Shown: positions 19,070 through 28,935, counted from the stretch's first letter. The stretch is 64,000 nucleotides of DNA from Deltaproteobacteria bacterium (GCA_016218925.1 JACRCR010000109.1:42053-106052), one strand, 5' to 3'. Numbers and translations are program-made. Notes: generated by a model from the letters alone, not told the origin.

Positions 19070-22000
19070 TTTGCGCGCTCCTTTCGCTTGGTCGCGAGGG
19101 TTCCAAATCCATCCCGGAAATTTGCGATCTCCGTTTCTCGGCGGGTGAGCGCCGTTAACTCTGCGTCGGATAGTGATCTGCAGAGTCGGAAGCCCACGTC
19201 TGGGTTCGTATTCTGCGGAAACAGCCCTATCCCATAGTCGAAGGCGAAGCTGCGCTCACCCAAGTATGATGTGGCCCCGAGAATTGCTCGTCGCCCGTGG
19301 CTTCGTCCGGGGAAGTCGTGACACCATTCCTTGACGTTCCCCATCATGCCCGATGTGCCGAACGGGCCGAACGGTTCAGAGAGCACTGGAACATGCTCCT
19401 TTGCCATGCCAAGGAGCACTTCCTTGTAGACGCTCCGCCACGACATAAGCCACTGCCACAACGAGTCGCTAGCGGGCTCGGACGCGCCGGATTGGAGCGT
19501 AGCACACCAGCGATCTAAGTCGCTTTCTGGAAGAATCAGCGGGTACAGCTCCCATGGGTACGATACGTCGAGCCGCCCTCCGCGAGCTGCCCACGACCAC
19601 TCGTGAACTGCCGGAAGCCGGTAGCCTCCTCCGAACGCAGAGTAGTCGTCACGTGCGTCGCTAGCCGCCGGTTCTGTGTCCTCGGCGAAGTAACGAGGAT
19701 ATACGCACGCTAGTGATGGTTCGCATTGCGTCAGCCAATCACAGAACGCGGCACAGGCGTACCAGCTGACATACACGACCGGATGTCTGTACTGAGTGGC
19801 GAGTGGCCGATGCCTTGGATCCAGCGCAGAAGGCATCTCTTCCCAGAAGTAGAGATGGTACTCGTTGGTGAACTTGGCAAAACGAGGCCGGCTGTTTGGT
19901 CGAGCACCTCCTGCAATCGTGACATTCTCAACGCGCCAGCCGTTACCTTCCTTAGAGCTCAAGAACGCCAGATAGTCTTCGTTGGTGATTTCTCGTTCAC
20001 CGATTAGGAACGGACGGTTCAGTTCGGGTGGCATTCCCACCTGGCTCTCCGCCAGGAAACTCGGCGCTGCTTCCGCAACTGGCGGGGGCATGAGCACCAT
20101 CTCGTATCTTTCGAGCCGATTGGGGCCGCGTATAATTGCTTCGACGTCCCGTCCCCACCACGGATCTATCGCCGCTCGCTCGGCACCGGAAAGCAATCCC
20201 ATCGCATCTAGGTTGTGGCCGAGAAAGCGAAGACAGGAGGAGAACACAGAAAGGTCACGGCGAGCGGCGCAGTCAACCAGCTTGCGTCTCGCCAGATCGG
20301 CCAGCGCCTGGGGGCCGCGGCCAGCTGGCCCCAGGTCGATATCAGCCAGGAGATCTCTAAGGATGCCGGCCGCCGCCAGACCAAGGGGGACGTCGCCGAG
20401 CGCTCTGAGCCGGTCTATGACAGGGGACGACTTCTGGTCTTCGTTGGGTAGCGGGACCTGGACTGCTCGCTTGAGATTGACAGCGACATGCCTCGCCAGC
20501 AGGAAGGCGCCGCTGACCGAAGTCGCTCCCGCTGGCGCGATAAAATGCGCGGTCGCTACAAGCGCTCTTGCGCGAGTCGTATCTTCGCCTCGCTCGCTAC
20601 CCTCATCGATGGCTTCCACGGCCTCCTCACCGACCTGAGGGAAGAATTGCGACGCCTCGGAGTCGTTCGGCCTGACCGCGAAACGGAGGGCCGCGACACT
20701 TTCCGGATCTTCATTTCCGGCCAGTTCCAGGTTCGTTTCGCGCATCCGACCGTGACGAGTGCCGAGCGGGGCCACCTCAAGGAGCGTATGCGTTTGCAGA
20801 TCGGTTCGAACGGCCTCAACGTCGAGGCCGTAACGGTGCGAAATGTGAGCTGGGATCCCGTCCATACTAACGAGTTCCGTTCCCCGCGCGGCGAGATGCC
20901 AGACCAACTCGCCAAGGAGTTCGACCCGCTCGTTTGTCCCGACCCGAATCACCGCGCCAGTGGATCGTGTATACAAGTCACGGGCCTTGCCGAGCTGGAT
21001 GTTGTAGTCGACCACCGCGCCAACAAGTGCCGCAGCAAGCAACTCCGCTGGACGCGGATCAGTGGCGGACCGCGCGGCATGGTCTACCATCGCCGCCAGG
21101 AGTGCGGGGGATCTCGAACAGATCTTCACTGCTTCAAGTAGCGCTTCCGTACACGGGTTCGCACCCGCGGGTTCAGGACCTGCGGCTGGCTTCAGGAACT
21201 TACCGAGACGCTGGGCTGCTTCTGCACTTTCCTGCTCGGCCGCCACGACCGAGAGGTATGCCGATACGGACTTCCGACCAAATGGCAGGAGAGCAACGAT
21301 CTCAAAGGCGCTCGATACGGAAACGCTCGGCCAAACCTCGGCTGCGAGAAGGCGGTCTATCGACCCAAAATGCGTAGCCCTGCATGCGGTGATGAAACGG
21401 GCGCCGAGCGGCAGCGCTGAACATATTCGCTGTAGGAGTTCGATCGCGTCTCCTTCATCTCCACGGGTGATGTGGCCAACCTCTTCGAAACCGTCGATGC
21501 AGAGAGTCATGTGGCCTGCAGCAATGAATGCCTCTACAAGCCTCGCATCCCACAAGAAGCGCGCGGTCGGATATTCCCTTAGCACTGCGTCCGGGAAAAA
21601 TGGGACCGACGTGCCAAAGGCTCCGAGGTGCGCCCGTTCCTCACGCAAGTCGAAGAAGAACGCAGGTCCGTAGAGCCAAGGGGCACGCTGATGACAACTG
21701 AAAATCTGTTCGCAGAATCGGAACAGCTGCCACGTCTTGCCGCTTCCCCGCTCGCCCAAAAGAAGCACAGGGTGCCGCTTGAGGTCGGCCCGCGCCCAAT
21801 CCTTGAAGTATTCCCCAGCCGAAATCTCGCTCTGTGGAGGTGTGCCGCCGCCGTCTGGCGTATGTACCACACGCAGGAGGCGATCCTGAAAACGCGTCTG
21901 GTACTTGGATTGGTTAAAGTCGCGCCGAGCTTTTCCGAAGACAAGCGCCGGCAGTCCGTCTGGGACGGCGCAGAGCAGCCGGAACAGCTGCGAGAAGTCA

Positions 22001-22323
22001 AGGACTTCCAATCGCTCCCCGGCCGACCGCAGATTCCCGAATCGGGAAGGGTCGCAGGCGATCAAGACGCGATCCGCGTTCGAAGCGCCAATAAACGCGA
22101 GAATGCCCGGGACAGCTCCTTCTATCGGCTGGCTCTCAAGGAGCAAGATCTCTTCGGTCAGCCTCTTCGTGAGTCCGGTGGTACACAGGCGGAAACCTTG
22201 TAGGCCTCCCGCCAGAGGGGAGTCCTTAAGGCCAAGTGGAAGTATTGTGCTCGACCCGAGGCGAAGTGCTGGGTGACCGAGCACTTCGCAGACCAGAGGG
22301 GTCACGTCAAAGTGGTCGCTCAT
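19066..22323 (-). CDS. STAND NTPase (NACHT-type P-loop) fused to a C-terminal formylglycine-generating-enzyme/sulfatase-modifying (FGE-sulfatase, SUMF1/EgtB-like) domain
   Basis: Walker A 'LLLGERGSGKTWQLFRF' and Walker B 'MTLCIDGFEEV', followed by a long helical region. C-terminal 'HPVVYVSWYACAAFCDWL', 'YRLPAVHEWSWAARGG', 'MMGNVKEWCHD', 'GFRLCRS' are FGE-sulfatase motifs. An N-terminal ~140-aa domain is unassigned. Confidence 0.8.
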   Translation of the reverse strand: MSDHFDVTPLVCEVLGHPALRLGSSTILPLGLKDSPLAGGLQGFRLCTTGLTKRLTEEILLLESQPIEGAVPGILAFIGASNADRVLIACDPSRFGNLRSAGERLEVLDFSQLFRLLCAVPDGLPALVFGKARRDFNQSKYQTRFQDRLLRVVHTPDGGGTPPQSEISAGEYFKDWARADLKRHPVLLLGERGSGKTWQLFRFCEQIFSCHQRAPWLYGPAFFFDLREERAHLGAFGTSVPFFPDAVLREYPTARFLWDARLVEAFIAAGHMTLCIDGFEEVGHITRGDEGDAIELLQRICSALPLGARFITACRATHFGSIDRLLAAEVWPSVSVSSAFEIVALLPFGRKSVSAYLSVVAAEQESAEAAQRLGKFLKPAAGPEPAGANPCTEALLEAVKICSRSPALLAAMVDHAARSATDPRPAELLAAALVGAVVDYNIQLGKARDLYTRSTGAVIRVGTNERVELLGELVWHLAARGTELVSMDGIPAHISHRYGLDVEAVRTDLQTHTLLEVAPLGTRHGRMRETNLELAGNEDPESVAALRFAVRPNDSEASQFFPQVGEEAVEAIDEGSERGEDTTRARALVATAHFIAPAGATSVSGAFLLARHVAVNLKRAVQVPLPNEDQKSSPVIDRLRALGDVPLGLAAAGILRDLLADIDLGPAGRGPQALADLARRKLVDCAARRDLSVFSSCLRFLGHNLDAMGLLSGAERAAIDPWWGRDVEAIIRGPNRLERYEMVLMPPPVAEAAPSFLAESQVGMPPELNRPFLIGEREITNEDYLAFLSSKEGNGWRVENVTIAGGARPNSRPRFAKFTNEYHLYFWEEMPSALDPRHRPLATQYRHPVVYVSWYACAAFCDWLTQCEPSLACVYPRYFAEDTEPAASDARDDYSAFGGGYRLPAVHEWSWAARGGRLDVSYPWELYPLILPESDLDRWCATLQSGASEPASDSLWQWLMSWRSVYKEVLLGMAKEHVPVLSEPFGPFGTSGMMGNVKEWCHDFPGRSHGRRAILGATSYLGERSFAFDYGIGLFPQNTNPDVGFRLCRSLSDAELTALTRRETEIANFRDGFGTLATKRKERAK

Positions 22324-24134
22324 GTCTTCTGCCCCCGTCTCCCTCTCGCAACTGTGAGTGCTGTTTCGGCGAACTTGAGGGGCAATTTGCCCGCCCGGCA
22401 GAACTGATAAACGGGGTATTCACGAAGTGACTCCAGGCTGTCACCCCGAGTCTCCCCAAGAGCCTGTGTGTATACAAGGCCCGTCCGTATCCAGGCATGG
22501 TCAAGCTCCCCGATCTCCCGTCGCCGGGCGTAGTAGCTCACCGGGTGTTCCCATGCCTGCAGGACGATGCGTGTCCCCAGTGCACCTCCGTACTGCCGCA
22601 GGATTTCCGCACAGTTCTTCGAGTAGACGTCAACGTCTCCTCGCACGTCCTGGGGCACCGAACTTCGGTTCTCATCCGGGCCGTCGCTGCGGACTGCCGA
22701 GAGCGCGAGATCGCAGGCCTTGGCGAAGGCGTCTTCACTTGTATCGTAGACCGCGGGTCCCTTGCGCTGCTCAGTGGTGGACTTCAGGCAGCGAAGCACG
22801 AGGAACAGGAACCACGGATCGCCTCCGCTGTATTCGTCGAGCAAGGCGAGGGTCGCAGGAGCAGCGGGGGCTCCCAGAAAGAGCCGCAGTAATTCGTCAA
22901 GCTCGGCTTGAGACAGGGGAGGAATTCTCAAGACGGCGTGCCTGACGAACAAAGGCTCTGTCGCTCGGTCTATCGGGAGATCGTGCGCGGCTAGTAGCAG
23001 GCCGAGTTGCGGGCAATCGTCTGGCTGACGTTCAAGCCGCTGCCGAAGCGCGCCGAGGCCTTCCCAGAGGTGGTGGCGTGGGCTGTCGTCTCCGTTAATA
23101 GCTTCCTCGACTGTGTAGAATGGCAGAAAGACGGTGATTCTATTTGTAATCCCCGATGCCGTCGCGGCGTTGCTCAGGAAGGAGAGGAAATCACGGATGC
23201 AATCCCAGTGCTCTTGGTGCAGCCGGGCGTCTCTAAGATAGGAGCGCGCGAAGCTTGCCGGATTACCAACCATCTCGGGCGTGAAGATCCCCGGCAGAAA
23301 TCTACCAGTCGTTTGCTTCAGTCCGCTAGCTGCTACGAAGGCGAGAGATGCGAATAGGCAGTCGAGAGCCGCAAGTGCGGGCGGCGGAATGGTCAAACAT
23401 TTATCAAGGATATGCAGGAAAGCCGCGCTCTCGAAGCGGACGATGACATGCTTTAGATGATCGGAGCAACGTGCCTCGATGTAGTCTTGGAATCCATCAA
23501 TGAACTCGGGGAGGTACGACTGCTTGCCGCCGACCAAGAAGACCATGCGCCGCTCCGGCAAGAGGTACTCAAGCTCGGCGAAGAGGCTGGGGCGGTGCCG
23601 CATGGCTTCGGCGAATCCGCCAGGGGTTGCAAGGTCTCCTCTCGCCGTGGGTAGCGCAGTCGATGCGAGCCAGGACTGGAGCGACGCATGGCCCGCCTGG
23701 CGGTACTGCGAGGCTGCGTGAAGCACGATCGATCGCAGGATCTCAATCGCGCCCTGTTGGGGCTTGTCCGGAAGGGCATCGACTGCATCCTTGAGGGTCG
23801 TGCCAGTGTCCGGCCATGGTGCGGGTCGGACGTTTGCAACGCTCAGCGATGAGCGTTGCGCCGCGAGCGTCTCACGCCCTACGACAAGGCGGACCAAGCC
23901 TCGGTAGCAAGCGTCCGGATCGAGTTGGGAGAACCTAAGCGGCTCTGCACCCTGGAGGCCGGAATTCCATACGTAACGTGTGGTATCTTGCACTTCCTTC
24001 GGCGCGTGTAGCTCGGGGACCCACAACCAGACGTCACAACTACTATCATCCACGTGGACGATGGAAGCATCGTAACGTGGGCTGCTCGTCGCATGAATGC
24101 CGTCGTCGTCGACTGGGGCCACGAAGAGACTCAC
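22320..24134 (-). CDS. hypothetical 604-aa protein; possible degenerate (P-loop-less) STAND-like partner
   Basis: No recognisable catalytic motif. 'FLVGGKQS' resembles but does not satisfy Walker A. 'RIPPLSQAELDELLRLFLG' resembles the STAND helical motif. ATGA overlaps at both ends. Confidence 0.55.
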   Translation of the reverse strand: MSLFVAPVDDDGIHATSSPRYDASIVHVDDSSCDVWLWVPELHAPKEVQDTTRYVWNSGLQGAEPLRFSQLDPDACYRGLVRLVVGRETLAAQRSSLSVANVRPAPWPDTGTTLKDAVDALPDKPQQGAIEILRSIVLHAASQYRQAGHASLQSWLASTALPTARGDLATPGGFAEAMRHRPSLFAELEYLLPERRMVFLVGGKQSYLPEFIDGFQDYIEARCSDHLKHVIVRFESAAFLHILDKCLTIPPPALAALDCLFASLAFVAASGLKQTTGRFLPGIFTPEMVGNPASFARSYLRDARLHQEHWDCIRDFLSFLSNAATASGITNRITVFLPFYTVEEAINGDDSPRHHLWEGLGALRQRLERQPDDCPQLGLLLAAHDLPIDRATEPLFVRHAVLRIPPLSQAELDELLRLFLGAPAAPATLALLDEYSGGDPWFLFLVLRCLKSTTEQRKGPAVYDTSEDAFAKACDLALSAVRSDGPDENRSSVPQDVRGDVDVYSKNCAEILRQYGGALGTRIVLQAWEHPVSYYARRREIGELDHAWIRTGLVYTQALGETRGDSLESLREYPVYQFCRAGKLPLKFAETALTVARGRRGQKT

Positions 24135-24778
24135 CAGGGATTCTCCTGAGGTAGGCTTGGGGTCAGTTCATAAACGGCGGCGATTTGGTCGCGCACTTCG
24201 TCCGCGAGACCAAGAAGCCGTTCCCCGTCGGCCCGGACCCGATCGATGCGGGCTGCCGCGTCTTGAGCTACGTATTGCACTGCATCGGCGGCGCCGTCGA
24301 GCTCGCCGATTTGGGTCTCGGCGTTCCTAACCCAATAGGCGAGCTGATTCCCGAGCGCAGGCTGCTGTTCATCCACGAGAGTGCCAAGCCGGGTTGCTGC
24401 GGTCGCCGCTTTCTCCAGGGTGTCGCCATAGAGCCTGATCACGTCTGCCGGCGGGACGGTCGCAGCCGTCAATGCGTGGTGGTACGCCACCCGAAGGGAC
24501 TGGAATTCACGCAAGAGCTCGCGCATCCTCGGCTTCGCGGACAAGATGTGTTCGCGCTTTTTCCGCCACGCCAGGAGGTAGTCTACGAAGCCGATCGTGA
24601 GCGCAATGCCGAAAATCTCGGTGCCCAGGTTTAGGAAAAAACCGTCGAAGAAGTGCGAGCGATCCCCGAGCCAGTAGGACGCACCGATCACGGCGAGCGA
24701 GGCGACTGTCAAAGCACATGCAAGCACGGCGCCTAGATGCGCGAAACAGGCTGTCTCGATGCGTCGCCAGAAGATCAA
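24131..24778 (-). CDS. small two-TM membrane protein with cytoplasmic coiled-coil domain (first gene of the 4-gene operon)
   Basis: Two hydrophobic helices (res ~10-32 and 48-70), then a charged helical domain. The stop overlaps the next gene's start. Confidence 0.55.
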   Translation of the reverse strand: MIFWRRIETACFAHLGAVLACALTVASLAVIGASYWLGDRSHFFDGFFLNLGTEIFGIALTIGFVDYLLAWRKKREHILSAKPRMRELLREFQSLRVAYHHALTAATVPPADVIRLYGDTLEKAATAATRLGTLVDEQQPALGNQLAYWVRNAETQIGELDGAADAVQYVAQDAAARIDRVRADGERLLGLADEVRDQIAAVYELTPSLPQENPW

Positions 24779-25171
24779 CGGTAGATTCCTTTCCGACTCA
24801 GCGTGAGTGGCGGTATTCTATGAGGGATAGAACTAGCGCTTCCCGCATGGGCGGCTGGTGTCCATGGGGTCGCGCAGAGGAGCGAGGCGAGAACTCGGTC
24901 CCGCCCGTCCAGACCGACCGTGGCCCACGATCTCGAAGACGCCGAAAGCAAGTTGAACCCTTCTTCCGGGCGACCCTGCGAGGAGAGCGCCGGAAAGTCA
25001 ATCGTGCCCCCGCGGGCTACGACTGTTCTTCGCTGCGACCTTCTGGATTCGTATGGCCCGATAGTTCCTTGAATCGGCCAGCGACCGAACGCGTTCAGCA
25101 GCGCTTCGCATCCAATAGCAGTGGCGCGCCGCGTCGTCAGCTGGATCGCTCTGGGTGCGTTCATCGACCGG

Positions 25172-26029
25172 TCACCAGTCAAGCGCAGCCGACTCCTGCC
25201 ACTTGGGTAAGCGCATCCATTTCGGAGTAATGAGCACCTCCTTTCCGTTCCTCCGCTCGGCAGCGGAATAGCGTAACGAGAAGGGATGTATCGCGGCCCA
25301 GCCGCGATACATCCGACGAACCTCGGCACAGTCGTCATACGTCAGCACCCAAGCCGCGTTACACATGGCCTTCAGTCGGGCGGCGAGCGCCGCGTGGTAG
25401 TCCGCGTCCAGCGAGTTGAGGTAGAGCGTCGGTCCCTTTTCGAAGTATGGTGGATCAACGAAGAAGAAGGTGGACTCCGGGTCGAGTCTCTCGATGAACT
25501 GGATTCCGTCGTCGCAGGACACGCGGACGCGCTCGCGGTACTCGGCGACTTTCTCGCAGCGGCGGCGGAGGTCAGACTTGTTGAACCTGGCGTCAAGCTT
25601 CCACGCACCGACCTGCGTGATCCCTCCAATAGGCCCGCCGTTCATGATGATCCCCGAGCGATTGCATCGGTTCAGGTAGAACGTCGAAAAACCTCGGCGG
25701 AGCCGGGAAACGCGACCGCTGTCTCTGTACACACTTCGCTGTCGGCGCCATTCAACCATGCTCACGCGTGTCCTCGACAGCATGTCCAGAAATGGCAATG
25801 GCCGGTTGACCAGCGTCCACCAGAAATCGTAGATGGCTGGATCTGCGTCGTTGATGTAGATCCCGTGGGTCTCTTCAAGATACAAGAGCGTAAGGGAGGC
25901 ACCAGCTCCCCCTGCGAACGGCTCCGCGATCGCTTGATGTCCCAGTCCATTGATCCTTCGTATGTTACCCAGCAGACCTGCCATCGCTGACTTCCCGCCG
26001 GGGTAGCGAAGGGGGCTTGAGGTTCTCAT
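25172..26029 (-). CDS. Dam-class (D12, alpha-group) N6-adenine DNA methyltransferase
   Basis: Motif I 'LRYPGGKSAMAGLL...EPFAGGAG' and motif IV 'FFFVDPPYFEKG'. Confidence 0.85.
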   Translation of the reverse strand: MRTSSPLRYPGGKSAMAGLLGNIRRINGLGHQAIAEPFAGGAGASLTLLYLEETHGIYINDADPAIYDFWWTLVNRPLPFLDMLSRTRVSMVEWRRQRSVYRDSGRVSRLRRGFSTFYLNRCNRSGIIMNGGPIGGITQVGAWKLDARFNKSDLRRRCEKVAEYRERVRVSCDDGIQFIERLDPESTFFFVDPPYFEKGPTLYLNSLDADYHAALAARLKAMCNAAWVLTYDDCAEVRRMYRGWAAIHPFSLRYSAAERRNGKEVLITPKWMRLPKWQESAALDW

Positions 26030-27480
26030 TCAGCGGTACCTTCTTGATCCTGCTCCAACATCAGCCGGAACAACGGTTCCGTGCGTTTCCAGAACTGCAA
26101 AATATCTCGCGCGCTGGGCAGATCGGGCTGGTGTACAAATCCATGAAGTTCGCTGATCGTGAATGGTGCCGAGGGATCGTACCGGATCGCCTTCTCAACG
26201 ATCGTGGCGCTTGCATTGGTCAGCTTGGCTTTCGCAATCCGCTTTATCTCGGGCACCAGCTGCTTCATCGTGGGCACGCCGAAAGGAAGCGTTCGGGACT
26301 CCTTCTTCTCGATTCTCTCGATGATGGCCGGAAGCTCGCCGGTGCGTTGGAGGTAGTCCAGCACCGCGAGCTCGAAGAAGACCCGAAGGAGCACGGCACC
26401 AGCGTTTGGAAACTCCTCGCGCTTGAGCCTGACCAACTCGCGCCGGATGTCGCGGAGCCGGTCATTCCCAAACCGGACTCGAAAATCGCGCGGCAACACC
26501 GTGTTGCTCGGCTGTTTAGACCTCTTCGGGGCGGAGGGCTTGGGCTTGCTCCGTGACGCAGTCACGGAGCGATCCTGGATGATATCAGCCGGCACAAACG
26601 ATCCGCGTTTCTTGGCGGGATGCTCGTCGGATTTCCAGGATCTGAAGTAATCTCGGATGTCTTCGCTGGTGTTGAGGGTTCTCGAAGATTGCCTCCCAAG
26701 TGCTACATCCATCACGAGTTTCGTGAAACCGCGAAGGAATTCTGCCTTGGTTGTCGTGCCACGAATTCCGTGTTCTGGGTGAGGTTCAACCATCAGGCAG
26801 TCGCGGCCAACAGAGGAATCAAAGACGCGCTCGATCGTTGTGAACAGCTTGGCCCGGGGATTCTCGAGCTTGGCCTTCACCTCTTCAGGGAGATCGAGCG
26901 AGCGGGCCATCTCGGCGATGGCCCGTGTTTGTCGAGCGGACTGGATGTCTGCAAGCGAGAATCCAAGTTGGTCCTGTAACTGCTCATTGGTGTAGCCCTC
27001 GGACAGCTTGTCGAGAATGAAACTCGCCCGATTTTCAGCTTGCCACGCGAGAACCGGCGTCCCTATGTGCCTACCCGCGATCTGGCGGTCGGTAGCCCGG
27101 CGACTCGGGGCGACGGTGACGGGCACACTCGCGATTTCACTCGGCACCTCAATCTGCCGGGACAGGCGCTCCAACTGCCGCTGGAAGGGCCCTTCTAGCA
27201 AGCCGGGCGCGCGGAGACCTTTCAAGGCTGCCAAGCGCCTGTTCCCCTCGACTACCACAAATCGATCATTCTCTTTGATTGCCAGAAGTGGTTCGTTCGG
27301 GAAGTAGCCGCGTGCGGCAATGCTCTTGGCCACTTCCATCGCCTTGTCGTGCTCAAATAGGTACTGAATGATCTCACGCGGCGCTCGCGCCGATGTCTCA
27401 CGGCCAAGGCGTGGGTTCTTCGCATCCAAGTGGAGACTGGCGACAGAACGCCGCACGGTGGGCCAGCTGTCGGTTGCCAT
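26026..27480 (-). CDS. ParB/Srx-like N-terminal nuclease-domain protein with unassigned C-terminal domain
   Basis: 'GYFPNEPLLAIKENDRFVVVEGNRRLAALKGL' matches the ParB box II region (GxRRxxA). ATGA overlap with the MTase gene. Confidence 0.65.
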   Translation of the reverse strand: MATDSWPTVRRSVASLHLDAKNPRLGRETSARAPREIIQYLFEHDKAMEVAKSIAARGYFPNEPLLAIKENDRFVVVEGNRRLAALKGLRAPGLLEGPFQRQLERLSRQIEVPSEIASVPVTVAPSRRATDRQIAGRHIGTPVLAWQAENRASFILDKLSEGYTNEQLQDQLGFSLADIQSARQTRAIAEMARSLDLPEEVKAKLENPRAKLFTTIERVFDSSVGRDCLMVEPHPEHGIRGTTTKAEFLRGFTKLVMDVALGRQSSRTLNTSEDIRDYFRSWKSDEHPAKKRGSFVPADIIQDRSVTASRSKPKPSAPKRSKQPSNTVLPRDFRVRFGNDRLRDIRRELVRLKREEFPNAGAVLLRVFFELAVLDYLQRTGELPAIIERIEKKESRTLPFGVPTMKQLVPEIKRIAKAKLTNASATIVEKAIRYDPSAPFTISELHGFVHQPDLPSARDILQFWKRTEPLFRLMLEQDQEGTAE

Positions 27481-27750
27481 CGGTAGTCTTCTCTCCTTGG
27501 CTAGCAGAGTAGCTCAGCTTGGTTCGCCGACGGGAGGCCTCTCACGGGGCGCCCATCGTCTCGGCGATGCGCGGCGCGTTCTCTTCGCGTCGGTCTCCAT
27601 CGCGTTGTTCGGCTCACGCCGCGGGCTCGCGCCCGTTACGCAGGGCCCGGTACCTGAGGCACCGGTCACCGCGCAACCCGAGGGCGACGCCTAGGAATGA
27701 TCCACGTGAGCATCCTTGCGCCGGTCGCCATTCTTGGGTTGCATGGTGGC

Positions 27751-28545
27751 TCACACTTTGAAGACCGGGTGGCGTCCAAGTGGCTCGCATTCATCTGTCC
27801 ACTCGACCAGATACTCCGGCAGCCTCGTCGGCCCGCGCTTCGGAAACCGCAGGCGAAGCGCAGCACAACCCTGAATGCTGGTAAGTCCCCTCAGATCGAA
27901 CACCGCCATAGATCGGTAGACAATGAGCGCTACGTCGAGGGCGGCAACCCCCGCGACGAGTATCAGCAAGGCTTTCCTCGGCAAAGGCTCTACGACTACA
28001 AGGGAGATAAGGAGGATCTCAGCGAAGAAGGAGGCGAACGTCACGTAGACGAGTGCGCGTGGGAGGTGCGGGCGCGGCTGCGTCTCAACATGGGTGCATT
28101 CGAGTAGGTGAAGCGCAGTCTCCCAAGGGACATCACTCCGTCGGCACGCCTCGGTTAGTGGAGTCGTGTCGACCGCAACGCCGGCAACCGAGAGTCGCTT
28201 ATAGTCAAGTCCGATCACAAAGGCCGCCTTGCGATTGCGTGCCCGCGCGCGGTTCAAGATCACTAGCGACGAAGAAACAAGGACGAGCAGCGGAACAAGA
28301 TAGAAGAGCCCGGGCGAGACAACAGTTCCTGTCGCAGGCGTACCGCGGGCGAGGACGCATAATGCGAGCGCGGGAGCAGTGATCCCGGACGTGAACAGTT
28401 GCAGCTGCCAATGCACATCCTCGGCCGTTTCGCCGACCAACCTCATGCATTCAGCTCCATCCTCCCGCTCCCATTTCATCGGTTTGACTTCCATCGGCTC
28501 TCCGCCTCTCGCAGGACATTCGCCTTCGCCACCAATAACGTCCAT
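27751..28545 (-). CDS. hypothetical integral membrane protein (3-4 TM)
   Basis: Hydrophobic segments only; the start is uncertain. Lower-GC island context. Confidence 0.35.
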   Translation of the reverse strand: MDVIGGEGECPARGGEPMEVKPMKWEREDGAECMRLVGETAEDVHWQLQLFTSGITAPALALCVLARGTPATGTVVSPGLFYLVPLLVLVSSSLVILNRARARNRKAAFVIGLDYKRLSVAGVAVDTTPLTEACRRSDVPWETALHLLECTHVETQPRPHLPRALVYVTFASFFAEILLISLVVVEPLPRKALLILVAGVAALDVALIVYRSMAVFDLRGLTSIQGCAALRLRFPKRGPTRLPEYLVEWTDECEPLGRHPVFKV

Positions 28546-28854
28546 TGGCAGATTGCTCTCTCGACAAAAGCTAAGGCGACCCCGAGCATCAACGCGTCGC
28601 TTCCGCGCGCTGCTTCCCGATTCCCGTCGCCGCCTTGACTACGTATCACAACGCCCTTTCTCGCTCTCTATCGGTTCCTTAGCCAACCGTTCAGCTACCC
28701 CGTCCCGCTCTACTCGCATCTCTCCGCGGTTCTCGCTCGCATCTTGCTCCACGGCGTGCCGGGACGGAAGCGCAACGGTGCGTTGTGCCGCTATGTTTGC
28801 AGGGGCGGGGAGTGGCCGCAGGCTGGGCGATCTGTCTTAGGAGAGCGGTCTGGA

Positions 28855-28935
28855 TCATTCGGAGTGACGCGCGTCACTTCCGGCGTGGAAGAAGGGCCGC
28901 CGACTGGATCCCGCGCAGGGTCGACCGCGCAGCGC
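28855..28935. repeat. ~80-bp dispersed repeat, copy 1 (copy 2 at 30948-31030)
   Basis: 'ggagtgacgcgcgtcacttccggc...gggccgccgactggatcccgcgcagggtcgaccgcg' vs 'ggagtggcgtgcgtcactttgcggc...gggccgccgattggatcccgcggaggatcgaccgcg'. The two copies flank the gldG fragment, the IS200 and the PIN fragment. Confidence 0.6.

Noticed and set aside
24775-25338. 187-aa minus ORF spanning the MTase 3' end and the intergenic region upstream of the 4-gene operon
   Set aside because: It overlaps the Dam MTase in another frame and shows no motifs. The region is better explained as the promoter and leader for the operon starting at 24778.
27490-27570. tRNA-like motif 'agtagctcagcttggt' near the island's ParB-like gene, considered as a tRNA or integration-site remnant
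   Set aside because: Only the D-arm-like 13-mer matches. No acceptor stem, anticodon arm or T-arm (GTTCGA) follows, so it is not a tRNA. It can at most be flagged as a weak possible att remnant.
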